Below are positions 1 through 12,925 of a stretch of DNA of 64,000 nt, piece after piece. The notes beneath the pieces were generated by a model that was not told the DNA's origin, searched no databases, and worked only from the letters and a program-made list of their open reading frames with translations. Position 1 is the first letter of the stretch, and each line of letters begins with the position of its first letter. The DNA is from Blastocystis sp. subtype 4 (taxonomy: Eukaryota), in the NCBI RefSeq assembly GCF_000743755.1, contig NW_014569534.1, positions 1 through 64,000 of the forward strand, read 5' to 3'. The position numbers and the translations under genes are program-made.

Positions 1-109
1 TGGAAACAGAGGTCCAGCCATTCCCCAAGGAAGTGGATCGCAACTTGTATTGCATCTAAGGATGAGGTTTTCGCCTCGTCGGGGAGGAGTTGTTTGTTCA
101 ACAAAAAGA

Positions 110-1259
110 TCATGAATCTGTCAACTTATGAGCCTTTCCACACTTCTTAAAGAGGGACTCGACTGTAACAACCTTTGATTCGGTTGGCTTATCAGGAGAC
201 TTTATTAAATGATAGGTCCCACCACATTCCTTCTGATGTTTCTCAAACCACCAATCCGCCTTTTGAGGAGGACGATTCATTGACCGCTTCACAATCCCAA
301 AAAAAGGGGGCTTGAATTGACAAGGACCGTCACATTTCCACCACCATTTTCTACAAGAATCAACCTCATCATGAAAAGAGTGATATATCGTAATGTGGGA
401 GTGGGCTATTTGTAAATATTCTTCTCTTTATGTACCCTTTGCATTGATCCGATGCATATGCTTCTTGAATTCTGCTCCATGATCATCTCGATCCAAGTAG
501 TTGTGTGTTACAAATAGGTACGCATGAATCATTTCATGCTACACTATGATCGATGTTGGTCATCATTACCAAGAGAGTATTCACAGTATCAGCTCTCTGA
601 CGAAGAGAAAGAAGTGGCTCCGAAAGACTGATAGATATATTGAGACCTTTCATGCTATTCTGAATCCTAGAAAACATCCTTACCGACATATTCCAGCACA
701 TAGTGTCATTCGCTTACTCCATCTTACAGTTATATATTTAAGACTATCATAAAAGAATTCTTTATTATACAACTACACATCAGTCCTCATTCTCACTGAA
801 CACTTCAAACAAAGCAGAAATATTGGGTGTGGGGTCGATTAGTTCCAATTCACTAGCCAGAACGTTGGTGATGAATTGTTTCTATTCCTAATAAAACTCC
901 CGATTGATTACATTTAACAAATATGACCCTTCGTCTTCACACTTCTGTTTCTTCAATTTGATATCGACAGCTTCAACAACGACATCTTCTTGTTTCCTCT
1001 TGACAGCCGTTCGATTATCAATTTCACGATTCCAATTTGTATATTCAGCGATCTAGAATCTAACATCCCTCTTACAGCCTACCTGTAAAGAACGAGCTAA
1101 TTCATAGTCTTCCAACTCTTGTATATCCTTTGCTTCATTTTCAAAGTCATCTGATGAGGAAGCCACCTCATTGTCACTAAACACACCAAATCTTACATTA
1201 ATACTATCTGATTCCTCTCTACCTTCATGGACATTTGTCAGATCGATGACACAGTCCAT
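110..1259 (-). CDS. SprT-like (Spartan) metalloprotease, multi-exon
   Basis: Spliced translation contains HEMIHAYLFVTHNYLDRDDHGAEFKKHMHRIN (HExxH SprT motif) and KRSMNRPPQKADWWFEKHQKECGGTYH; UIM-like LEDYELARSLQ near the N-terminus. Confidence 0.85.
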
Positions 1260-1342
1260 ATTCAATGAGATAATCTCTTAACCCCAATTTGACTTGTTTT
1301 TTGTCACTACTATTGGTACTTTTCAGTTATCTTTGAAATAGT

Positions 1343-3052
1343 ATGTCAGGAAGACAGAGAAGTGGAACATACTCTTCTCTATGCGAGTCAGAAACTGATT
1401 TCGTTCCGATTGTGAGATCGAATTCGATTACTAGCTTATCGTTTTTGGATGAAGTTGATCTTGAAAATGCATTGTTAAAGAGTACTTCGTCTATTGAGAC
1501 TCCATCAACTGTACCTCCTTCGCAAGAGACTATGTACAGATGGTATTTCGAATTCATTTAGTAGAGAAAGAGATCCGAATTCTCTGTATACGACATTTCA
1601 AATAAATATGTCCAGTGAGATTCTGAGTAGATTGGAAGTTGTAACTGTTATACTCATTTATTTTTAGTCAGTTCCGACTATTGAATCAGAAGATGGACAA
1701 CTGCACATCATGGAAGAGATTCTTATGAATTGCAGTTCTTTCATTGATATGAAGATTTTAAACAAGTTAAATGTTCCATCTCTTACACCTAATTCCCTGT
1801 ATTCAGAAGTGTGGTTCTTTGGGGGTGTATTATACGTAGATTGTGGCTGATTATATTTCCTGTCAACTTCTGAAAGGGAATCAAAGCGTGCGAGATCGTT
1901 TGTTGTCAATTGCTAATTCATTGTCAAGTCATTCTCTCTTTGACCCAATTTTCTGCCAGTTATCTGTTTTGTTTGTCTGCAATTATCTTTCAAGAACCCT
2001 TGAGAATCCTGCTCTTATTGATGATTCTATTGAAATGCATAATCTTCTTTTGTTCTGCTTGAATAGTGTATTTAAGGGAAGTAACAGACTATTTATGTTC
2101 GATGTCAATAATCATCAAAGCAAATTCCACAATCTCTACTACATTCTTCGGTCTTCTTTGTTGCATTGCTGTGAATTATATACTATCATGGAACAGTCCG
2201 AAAAGGATCTCCCTATGAAAGAAAAAGAGGAAGAAACTGTTATTGTTGCAGGAGGTTCGTTAGAGTCTACTCAAATGAACTCAAACGATGAAAACTTGAT
2301 TCAGAATCATCGAATCCTGATTCGTGTGTTTCTAAGTGATCTTCTTACTATTGTTGGAAAGTACATGGTCTACTTTGAAAATGAGTAGAAATAGCAGTAG
2401 GATGTTAATTTGATAGAAATGCTCTAATTCCCACTCTCCATGAAGTTGATGAAAAGTGCAGTTTTCTAGATTTGAAGAAGATGGAAAGTCCCTCTTCTGT
2501 AGTTCTTCTCTATATGATTCTGATCTTGTCAACGATTCGTTCTGAGGAATCGCTTATTCTGTATCTCAAGAAGTATGTCCTTTCTTGGTTGTACATTGTA
2601 GAATTCGACAGTTCCACGATATTACTCTCAATTTCGATCTTTCTGTCCGTCTCCAATCTGTTCTGCAGAATCTGTCCACATCAGGCGGACCTCTCTTCCC
2701 TACTGTTGATGTACGTCACGAAGCGCAACATACAATCAATACCCTTTATCCCGTACAAGTATTATCCAATCCTGATTCATAGAGTGGTCGCGTTCCACGC
2801 TTTTTTGTTCATGTTTTGTTTGCCTGTCTGCATCCTTATTACGTACATTTATGGTTTCTTCGGTTGCTATCTTCCTTTGTATCCTCGGCTTGGAAGTCTT
2901 TTTCATCTTTATGGGTTCTAATAGTGTCCCTTTTCGCTACAATCCTTCAAACTTGGATCCATTATTGGGTAGATGTGTGGAATATTGTTCGTGAGGAAAT
3001 CATGCAGTTTTTGAAGTTTTCTAGGCATTCTGAGAAGGTAAAGAGTTCGTAG
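1343..3052 (+). CDS. Hypothetical multi-exon protein with hydrophobic C-terminal segments
   Basis: Chain of + strand ORFs separated by short GT..AG introns; TAG at 3050-3052 followed by TGTTTGTT at 3057-3064. Confidence 0.55.
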
Positions 3053-3181
3053 GACGTGTTTGTTGAATCAGTTAAAACCCAATTTGTTGTTATTTATGAG
3101 ATGAACCCAATTATTGTATTCCTTTCTGCTTAATATGGGGACATTCTTTTTCATATTATTAATGATCATATTAAGGCAGCA

Positions 3182-5546
3182 ATGATCGAGAACTTTCGTA
3201 TAGGCCTTCTTTGGCTCTTGTTTACAAATAGAAGAGTACTCCAAAAAGATCGAGAACCGTTGTTTCCTCAAAGATTACAAGCGTGTAAACCAGATAGTGC
3301 AAGTTATCAATGGAAAGGAGTTTCAGGTAGAGTACTTTGCTGAACCTCACCAGGATGAGTATGTATTGAGTGAACTGAAGGATGGCAAAGTTTATGGAAT
3401 TGTTCAGTTATTCAAACGTGGCGTGCTTCAATTATCTTGGAGAATTGAAGATGGAAGAAAGGTCGGTGGAGTCACGATGTATGGTGATGGTAAAGCTGAG
3501 TGCACTATGGATTGGAAATTCTTTACAGGCATGGATCTCCGTGCTCTTGAGAATACAAAACGTGGACTTCAACTTGTGATTTCTGATCCCATCACTGGTA
3601 TTGCTGTCTATCGTGGTGAATACAACAATGACAAAGAACTGCGTGAGGGACGTGGTTATGTATATGATGGTACTACGGGTAAAGTCTTGTACTATGGTGT
3701 GTTCAAGAATGATCAGATTTATCGCTATTTACAGGAGTTTGAAGGGGATAAGATGGTTGAATACAGTGAAGGTGAAGAGAGTAATGCCAATTTGTTAGAC
3801 CGTTCTCCTATCTATGTTGGTGGCTATATTTTTGATGAGACTACGGATACGTACAAGCGCAATGGACCTGGAAATGTGATTGATCCTGCTAGTGGCCTTG
3901 CTTCAGGCGAGAGTATTTGGGAAAACGGTATTGAAAAGGAGGGTTCTATTCGTTTCACGAATGGATGGTATGGTCCCAATGACATGATCGTTCCATCGCT
4001 TCGTGCAGGAGAGAGACAAGAGACTGTGGTGACTATGGAGCCTACTCCGAAGAGCAAAGCCTCAGCCCCACTAATGGTAACCCCTTCTGTGCCTGTTGAT
4101 ACTGAATCTCATTCGGATAATCTTCCAGTGGAGTCTATTCATGTGGAGCATATATCTATGAATTTACCACTGATTCCAGAGCCCTTAATGCCTAAGGCGG
4201 TGATATCGGATAATGTTCCTGCAGAGGAGCCTGTTACTAACCATACACTTGTCTACGAGGATTCTATTCCTACGCAACCGGTAGGAATGCCTACAGTTCC
4301 TGCTGTACCTAAAGGACAGCCAGTAGGAATGCCTGTAGTTCCTGCTGTACCTAAAGGACAGCCAGTAGGAATGCCTGTAGTCCCTGCTGTACCTAAAGTA
4401 CAATCTATGTATGACCGTAACTCAGTGGAAGCGAAATCTCAGCATTCGGCTGTTCAGGTGGTAACGGACTACAGTATTCCTAATGCGCACACTGAATCTA
4501 ATTCAGTCACTCAGCCGAAGAGGACAGAATCTTTCTATTCAGGGACATCGTATCCACAGGAGACAGAAGACAATCCGTTGAATAACAGTCTATCGATCGT
4601 TATTCAGCAAGCTTCAGATCTGGAATACATCTCCTCAACGGTGGTTGACTTCACAGTGGCAGATCATTGTTGCAATGAGAGCAACATCACATCATTGAAT
4701 CTCCAAGTCCTTGAAGAAGTTAAGACCCTTGTGATTGGTGATGAGTGTTTTATGAATCTGATTGGATTTGAGCTCCGAGGCATGGTTAAGTTGGAGAAAT
4801 TCATTGTGGGAAAGAATAGCTTTACTATGAGCAAAAACAACAAAGGTGAACGCAAGAATTGTAGTTTGGTAATTGCTGATTGTAATCGACTCTCTGAGAT
4901 CACGATTGGAGCTTTCTCCTTCTCCGACTATTGCTCGATTCAGCTTATCAATTTGCATGTATTGAAGACATTACAGATCGGTGACCCTAATTCAAATTCG
5001 TTCTGTTTCTACAACTCTGATTTCCGTGTGATGAGTAGGTCATATAAGGGATGTTTACTGTAGATCTTCATACTCTTGAGAGCATTGAATTTGGAGTAAC
5101 AACTTTCATGAATTGTCATATTCTGTCACTTGAGAGTAGTTCTAGAGTAATTGAGTTATGAATAGATATGGCTCGTCTCCGTAAGATCACATTCCATAAC
5201 TTGGCCTTTTATGGTGATTTGAGAAAAGATCGTCGAGAAGGAGAACCGAATGCATCACACTTTAAGAACACAGTGGCATTAACTTCACTGCCTGCTTTAT
5301 CTAAGTTGATTTTTGAAGGAAACAATCTTGTCAACTTTGGTATGGTGAGACTTGAGAGTATATGTTTGATCTGATTCTTACTTGTAGATGTTGCCAATGT
5401 GGTAGACATCATTTCACATGGTGATAATTTCAAGAACGTCTACCATGTGCAGGATAAGGGTATGTATTGTTGAGGTTAGATTAAAGGTAGATGCAGATAA
5501 TCTCAGTACGTTCATTCGGAGCTGCAGTCCCCATATTGAAAATTAA
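3182..5546 (+). CDS. MORN-like beta-hairpin region + Pro-rich linker + C-terminal leucine-rich-repeat-like region (start approximate)
   Basis: 588-aa ORF 3297-5063 plus further exons to TAA 5544-5546; YRGEY..REGRGYVY and YVGGY..RNGPG motifs, then repeats such as LVIGDECF, FIVGKNSF, ITIGAFSF. Confidence 0.65.
4275..4400 (+). repeat. Three in-frame 42-nt tandem repeats encoding QPVGMP(T/V)VPAVPK(G/V)
   Basis: Direct reading: unit cagccagtaggaatgcctgtagttcctgctgtacctaaagga, 3 copies with few substitutions. Confidence 0.9.
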
Positions 5547-5592
5547 GATGTGTTTATTGGAAAACAAGATACAATAGAATACACGAAAGATG

Positions 5593-6203
5593 TCAGAAAT
5601 CAACAACAAGAGAACACTTTACAATCTTCATCGAATCCACCTTATTGGTTAGAGTCTTTTCACACAGATCGATCATTGAATAATTCACAGCCGAAGGCTC
5701 TTGAAGAAGCGATTCTATATCCTTTCCAACGTCAACCACTGGAGGGATACTGACATTCAAAATTCCATCAACAATTCGGACAGAAGTAATCACCGAACTC
5801 AATGTCATCTCTTTTTCAAAAACATACTTGTAATCCTCACAGTAATTGTATGGACTGTTTGTACCATACAAGGTGTAGGCTAGTGAAGGGACATCAATCA
5901 AGTCTCTATTCCTAATTATAGTCCAATCATCTTTACTGGATGTTCTTTTCAACGAGATTATTTAAAAACTGACTTCCATTCCTCCGATCCGCCGTCAGTT
6001 GATGAGTACTATCTTCGCTACAAGAAATTGATAGCAGTTATTCCAATACCTTGATGAAACATCGTATCGTTGGACTGGATGAGGATTCCTGTCATTCTCG
6101 TTTTCCGTTGGTAGAAGTCCAGTAGTGACATCTGTATCTTCTTCTATAGAAAGTTATGCAACAATAAATAGTTTGTACTCTGTTTCGACGGAATGCAACC
6201 CAT
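5593..6203 (-). CDS. LAMTOR1/Ego1-like lipid-anchored Ragulator scaffold (putative)
   Basis: Spliced (3 short introns): MGCIPSKQ N-terminus, central FLNNLVEKNIQDLIDV, C-terminal VDSMKIVKCSLVVDF; resembles LAMTOR1 MGCCYS / LLSSILAKTASNIIDV / LSQIRVDAKEELVVQF. Confidence 0.6.
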
Positions 6204-6321
6204 GCTGTTTCTATATTCTAATTCTTTTTTATCATTCATACACAATTGAAAACCAAAGAGATTGAACTAAATAGAGAATTGTCTGAGAATGAACAAACAG
6301 GGGAATAACGGTAATAAACTA

Positions 6322-7061
6322 CTACACTAACTCTGGACAGCAAAAACGATAAAGTTCGTGAACTATATATGCATCGAGCCCTTCAAAAGATATTTTTACA
6401 CCATCATTATCCTGACATTAATACTTCAAGCTACCAATTACCATTTGAAAGCATTCTGGATACTCTTGTTGAAGTGCATAGATGAAGATGGACAAATCTT
6501 CAGAGGAAAGCGATGTTACAGCTCCTCTAAGTTGATTTTGCATTATACTGAGTTCTTCTCTATATGTTAGTGGATCAATACAACTGAACGGATTCTCTTT
6601 GTAATCTATTCATAAACAAATACATAAATACCCACAGTCATTAATGAAGGTGTTAACTTCATTTCTACACTTAAGTTTGTAGGTACTGGCAATCACAGAT
6701 AGAAAATGAGTACTCTACGATTTAACAACTCAGGACCAATAAATACTCCATTGTATGTTATACAAGCATTCCAGATAGCTTCAATATCAAAAAGGACCTC
6801 ATAAATATTTGAGTACATCCCTCTTTGTATTCGTGACTAGAGATCAAGTGAGCATGAAAGATGTACGTCAACGGTCCCCAAATCCATGGGATATTTTACA
6901 ATTGTAAGATACTGTTTCAGTCCTAATCCTTTGTAGTCCAAAGGAGAATAGAAGTCTCCTATTTCTCAAGAATCCACTTTATACAAACGCAAATTGGGAT
7001 CTGCTAGGAGTTCTTTGATTAATTGGTGCATTCGGTTCAACATATAGGAGGAACATTCCAT
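6322..7061 (-). CDS. Small bromodomain + ET-like domain protein
   Basis: FYSPLDYKGLGLKQYLTIVKYPMDLGTV...DIEAIWNACITYN (bromodomain); C-terminal ISFEGLDAYIVHELYRF resembles an ET domain; 3' end ambiguous (6322 or 6304). Confidence 0.75.
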
Positions 7062-7090
7062 GACTAACAAACAAATGTAGTTTATTGTTC

Positions 7091-9521
7091 TTACAGTTTA
7101 TCAAATTTGTCTGCAATGATCCCATCCACTCCAATTTCCGCTTGATAGGTTCTTTCTTTCTCTTCATTGTTTTCCTTGCCCCATGTATAAACGACCAAAT
7201 TTTTTTGTTTCAACTATAACTCATTGATTAAGAGCGTTTCAGACCCATTTCACAGACTCTTCGTTGATCAACTCAGCGGCAGCAACAACTCCTCGGAATT
7301 GTCCTCTTTCTAATGCTGACTTGACATACTGTTTCCAAGATCCTTCCAACCATTCTTGTTTGGATACTTCGTGGCAATTCGAAACGTCATCTAGAACTAA
7401 GAGTGTACTTTCTCACTCACCAAGAAGAAGGAAAACGGGATACATTGCTTGCTTATGAAGAAGCATAAGACAGACATCCAAATCGAATGAACTTAGATAA
7501 ATGACTCGAGTCGAATGCATGGATTGAAGATCCCTAACTATGGTATCCACATACTTCTCTTTGGTTATATGAAGTTTGGCTGAAGCAAGTTCGGACTAAG
7601 GATTATCAGGACTGATAAACCTTACAGGCATTGGATACTTGATTTCAATGTTAAACTGAAGGCAAGGAGGAAGACACTGAATCATCTCACTGAAGAAAGG
7701 CATATATTGTATCTCTCCATGATAGTTAATAGGAGAAGGTAGTGGAAAGTGTCTAGAAATGAAATTATAAACCAAAGCCAACTGTAATATATTTGAGGGA
7801 GTATCAGCAATGGGAACCAGTTGTTGATTCTTCAGACCTACAATGGAAGTACAATAATAAGCTAACAGAGTACATAATCATGAAACACCATCACATGCTC
7901 ATCACGCGACAACTGAAGATCAAACTCAACTGTGGACAGTCCACGTCGATCTGCTTCAGTAAAACTATGAAGAGAGTTTTCAATTTCACTCTGATTTGGA
8001 ATCTACGACTAATAAATACCGAAACTAAAATACAGTGTTCATTCCACAACCACGATGACCTATCGAAATAGGACTCATTCTAGGATGATAGATTGAACCA
8101 TATCCATGAATCATCTGATTATCCATACTGGAAGTAATTGGAGTAATTATAAGTCCATGGAATTCGATAATTGTACCATTCTTCAATTGTTTCATGATCT
8201 GTCCATCATTGTGTTCGATTGATGGTTCTATGAGAATACGGCTCAACTCATTTGCATAAATAGTAATCGCTTCTATTTCGCTAGTGTTTTCATTCTTTAA
8301 TGCAAGTATCACATCACTCCACTGATTTGTTGGCATATCCACGATGATACTATCAGAACACATATATACAACTTGAGGAACTACTGCACGTTCAATGTGA
8401 TAAGAATGATTCCATCTCCACTTTTCCAGAGATATGATCACACGAACTCCCTGTCGAAGGACCATTCGTCTCTCCAAGGTATTATCAATCTGATCCTGAA
8501 TCCATAAGTCCTCTGTTCCTGACGGAATACGGATTTCCCGAGGTATAGAACGGAGTTCTTGATAATGAATGTTGCCGTGATTGTCACACCTACGATTTAC
8601 TGTTCTATCGATAACTCACACTCCATAGCTGTATCGAAGCACTGAATGCACCTGACAGCGGTATTCGAAGGCAGATTGTGGATCATGGTAAGTGACAACT
8701 CTGTTGTCCATACCATTTTCAACAAAGAGAGTAATACGATTACTCTCGAGAGGTGGATGTTTCAACAAATGAAGACAAACATTTCGGAACTCCATCGGTT
8801 CGTTTTCAGAAAACACTTGAATCTTATTGGGACAGATCTGATTTGCACGATGAAGAACTTGAATCAGACTTGTGGGTCGTGTAACAGGATATGTTGATGG
8901 AAGTGCATTCAATAGGGTAGGAGTGATGCAGTACAGTCCTTTCAATGATTTATATTCGATTGATGATGGAATAAAAGATGTATCGGTTTCAAGAAGACAA
9001 TGCGTAGTAGAATCAACAGCAACACTGGTTTCGGATGGACTTTTATTAGTACCACTAGCTAAAATGGATGCCAGTTGGACTGGATTATTAAGAAAGGTCA
9101 TCAAAGTATCAGCATCTGGAATACTCCTCCATGAAACTATTAAAACAGGTTCGTTGTCTTGCAACATCCTTTTGTTTTCAATTAGAATATCTCCAGTACC
9201 CATCTACATTCAAGACAAGCCATTAAGTGGTACACTCCAATCACTAATTCGAATGAACGAAATGCTAGCATTTGGAATGCAGCTTTGAATACAACGCGAG
9301 AGACTTTTCTCAACTTCGGTTCGAGGGGAGATGATGGCAAGAATGAAGTTTTTCAATCCAACCTGACACAAATTCTGGATTCCTGATGTCTATGAAATTA
9401 CATGAAACAATGAAACAAGTACGATGACTTGATCCAATTCGTACTCCTCCGTAGTTTGTATGCTACCAGAACAGACAACGGAGAGAATGTCCTGGCAGAC
9501 GATAAGTGCAGTGGAAAGCAT
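7091..9521 (-). CDS. Glycerophosphodiester phosphodiesterase, GPCPD1/GDE5-like, with N-terminal extension
   Basis: IGHRGCG, FNIEIKYP and YTWGKENN...GVDGIIAD motifs across exons; TAA at 7093-7091. Confidence 0.85.
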
Positions 9522-9659
9522 TTTTTATCTTCATCTATTGTTATCGAAGATTCTCGTCATTTGATAGGGGAAGGGTCGCAATTGTGGGTATGGAAATCCA
9601 TCGAATTCTTGGATGATTCTCGAAGTTTCTTCTTTTTTTCTTGTCATATTTTAGTTATT

Positions 9660-12002
9660 ATGTTAGCTCATTCTTTGAAGTCGTTTGTGACCACAAGGAC
9701 TTTGGTTGCGTAGGATTTAGTTTGAATTCGTTCATTTTGTAGTTGTTCGAGGTCGTTAACATCGATTCGAAGTTTTCATGTATCGAAACCATTGTTCAGA
9801 GAAGATCCTCCTCAGATTCCTCAATACTCATGGACAAATCCGGATAATGTTCCAAAGGGACAGAATCTGGCCAAGTATGGGATTGATCTAACGGAACTGG
9901 CGAAGCAAGGAAAACTGGATCCGGTAATTGGTCGAGAAGAAGAGATTAGAAGAACTCTAGAAGTATTGTGTCGTCGTACAAAGAATAATCCGGCACTGAT
10001 CGGAGAGCCTGGTGTTGGTAAGACAGCTATTGTTGAGGGAATTGCTCAGCGTATTGTGGCAGGTGAAGTTCCTGAAAGTATGAGAAACAAACGAGTCGTA
10101 TCTTTGGATCTTGCTGCTATGGTTGCCGGAGCTAGTTTCCGAGGATCCTTCGAGGAGCGTCTGAAGGGTGTTCTGAAGGATGTGAAGGAGAGCAATGGTC
10201 AGATCATTCTGTTTATTGATGAGCTGCACACATTGGTGGGTGCAGGTGGAATGTCCGGAACGATGGATGGTTCGAATATTTTGAAGCCCGCTTTGGCTCG
10301 TGGAGATTTGTCATGTGTGGGTGCTACAACATTGGACGAGTACCGTAACAGCATTGAGAAAGATGGTGCTTTGGCTCGTCGATTCCAGCCAGTCATCATC
10401 GAAGAACCTACACTCCAAGACACTGTGAGCATTCTACGTGGATTAAAGGAGCGATATGAGGTTCATCATGGAGTTCGAATTGCTGATTCGGCTTTGGTAG
10501 CTGCTGCTACCTTGGCAGATCGGTATATCACAGATCGTAAGATGCCAGATAAGGCTGTGGATCTGGTGGATGAAGCAGCAAGTCATTTACGTTTGCAGCA
10601 GGAGAGCAAACCTGAAGCTGTGGATCAACTAGATCGCCAACTGATGACAAAGAAGATCGAGATTGAAGCTCTGAAGCGTGAGGAGGATGGAGATAGTCTT
10701 GATCGTTTGAAGGCATTGGAAGAAGATGTAAAGATGATGGAGAAGAAGCATGATGAGCTGATGAAGAAGTGGAAGGAGGAGAAGGAGTCACTGGAGAAGT
10801 CGAAGAAACTGAAGCGTGAACTGGAGGAGTCTCGTCTTCAGTTAGAACGAGCACAGATGGCTGGCAACTGGCAACGAGCCAGTGAATTGAAGTATGGAAC
10901 AATTCCGAAGTTGGAGAAGGAATTAGAGGAGGACACGAAGGTGGTGAAGGAGCGAATGCTAGCAGAGCGTGTTACTGCTAACAATATTGCTGATGTGGTG
11001 TCTCGTCGGACAGGTATTCCTTTATCTACATTGATGGAGGATGAGAAGCACCGTCTGTTACGTATGGAAGACGTTTTGTCTCAACGTGTGATTGGCCAGA
11101 CAGAGGCTGTCAAGAAGGTGAGTGAGTGTATTCGAATTTCTCGTGCTGGCTTGCGCACCCATGACCGTCCTCTCGGTTCGTTCCTCTTCCTGGGACCTAC
11201 AGGTGTGGGCAAGACAGAGTTGTGTAAGACTCTCTGTAAGTTCCTCTTCAAGGACGAATCCTGTTTTACTCGTATCGACATGTCTGAGTATATGGAGAAG
11301 TTTTCAGTATCCCGTTTGATCGGTGCTCCTCCTGGTTATGTGGGATATGAAGAAGGTGGCACGCTAACTGAAGCAGTTCGCCGTCATCCTTATCAAGTGG
11401 TTCTGTTTGATGAATTTGAGAAGGCTCATCCAGAAGTCTGTAATTTACTTCTTCAAGTCCTTGATGAGGGTCGTCTTACTGATTCTCAGGGTCGAACAAT
11501 CGACTTCCGTAATACGATCATTATCATGACTTCCAATCTGGGTAGTGAACTCTATTCAGGCGAGGTCACAGGAAATGAAGCTGGTGTCCGCTCTCAGATT
11601 ATCAAAACCGTCCATGATTACTTCCCACCTGAGTTTGTGAATCGTGTAGACGAATTAGTTGTCTTCCGTAAGCTGAATCAGGAGGATATGAAGAATATTG
11701 TGAATCTCCAGCTGAAGTATGTGGATCAATTGTTGGAGTATCAGAATATGGAGTTGAATGTTTCGGATAAGGCGAAGACCTGGTTGTCTGTTACTGGATA
11801 TCATCCTCAGTTTGGTGCTCGTCCTGTGAAGAGAGCTATTCAACAGTACTTGTTATCTCCTCTATCGAAAATGATTATTGGTGGAGATCTCCATAGTGGA
11901 GAAGAGGTATTCGTGGATGTCCAAGACCAGAATAAAGAACAGCCACTGGCAATCATGGGTCGTGCATCTACAAAGGGAAAGGAGATGGTGAAAAGCGCGT
12001 GA
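9660..12002 (+). CDS. clpB: Mitochondrial-type ClpB/Hsp78 AAA+ disaggregase
   Basis: Two AAA+ modules ([16 protein letters not shown]) and a coiled-coil M domain, no Clp N-domain; 33-nt intron 9710-9742 joins presequence-like [31 protein letters not shown]. Confidence 0.95.
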
Positions 12003-12085
12003 ATTTAGTGTGAATTTTTGTTTGTTGAACGTTTGGATACAGTTTTCTGTGGAATGGGAGAATCGAACTTCATCCTTTTGTTAAG

Positions 12086-12825
12086 ATGCAACCATCTGTT
12101 TTCGATCTTGTTAATGTTTACAAGGAGTTGCAAGAGAAGCAACCAGAATTGTATTCTAAAGTAACTGATGCCATTAATACGATCTGCAAGGCCTTTGATG
12201 ATTATGGCATTGATTTTACATCCATCTCATATAATGGGGGAAAAGACTCGGATGTTTGCCTTCACCTCTGGCGCTTGGCTCTCTATCTGTATTTGGAACG
12301 ACTTGGAAGACTTGGTGACTATCAGGAAAGTGTAGACAATTGTTTGTGTATTGCCTTCCACGGTGCCGACGATTTTGAAGAAATCGATGTTCACTTGAAC
12401 AAAACCGTTAAGGATATTGGGATTCAGCTAGTTCGCAGTAACAAATCATTTAAGGAAGGATTGAAGACAATCATCGATCATTTTCAAACTAAAGCCATTC
12501 TTTTGGGAGTTCGTCGAACAGATCCTCAGGGATCAGGTCTTCAGCTCCATACTCCCAGCACTCCTGATTATCCGGCGTTCATGAGAATCCTCCCGATACT
12601 GTATTGGTCATATGGAGATGTTTGGGCTTTTCTGTTTGCATTTTCTATTCCATATTGTGATTTGTATAAGCAAGGGTAGTAGTATGAACCGGATTCCATT
12701 ATAGGTATTCTTCCATTGGAACAAAGAAGAATACGTTCAAGAACAAGGCTTTGAGAAAGAGTGATGGATCATATGCTCATGCTTCTACTCTCTCGGACTG
12801 GTCATTGGAACGTGCTCGTGATTAA
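12086..12825 (+). CDS. FAD synthase (PAPS-reductase family, FAD1/FLAD1-like)
   Basis: SYNGGKDS, GVRRTDP, MRILPILYWSY, YCDLYKQG[intron]YSSIG...LERAR. Confidence 0.9.
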
Positions 12826-12925
12826 ATGTCATTTAGATAGGGATTGATTTGATTGTTTGTTGGGAATGCAAATTTATTTTTTTCTTTTGGGGAGTAGTTT
12901 GATTCAATATTAATCGCAACCGATT

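Noticed and set aside
4275..4400. 42-nt direct repeats as a CRISPR-like array
   Set aside because: Head-to-tail with no spacers, in frame within a coding exon, and no cas genes
9792..12002. Long intronless ClpB as bacterial contamination or recent transfer
   Set aside because: It has a 33-nt 5' intron, a presequence-like leader, no Clp N-domain and a downstream TGTTTGTT, as expected for mitochondrial Hsp78
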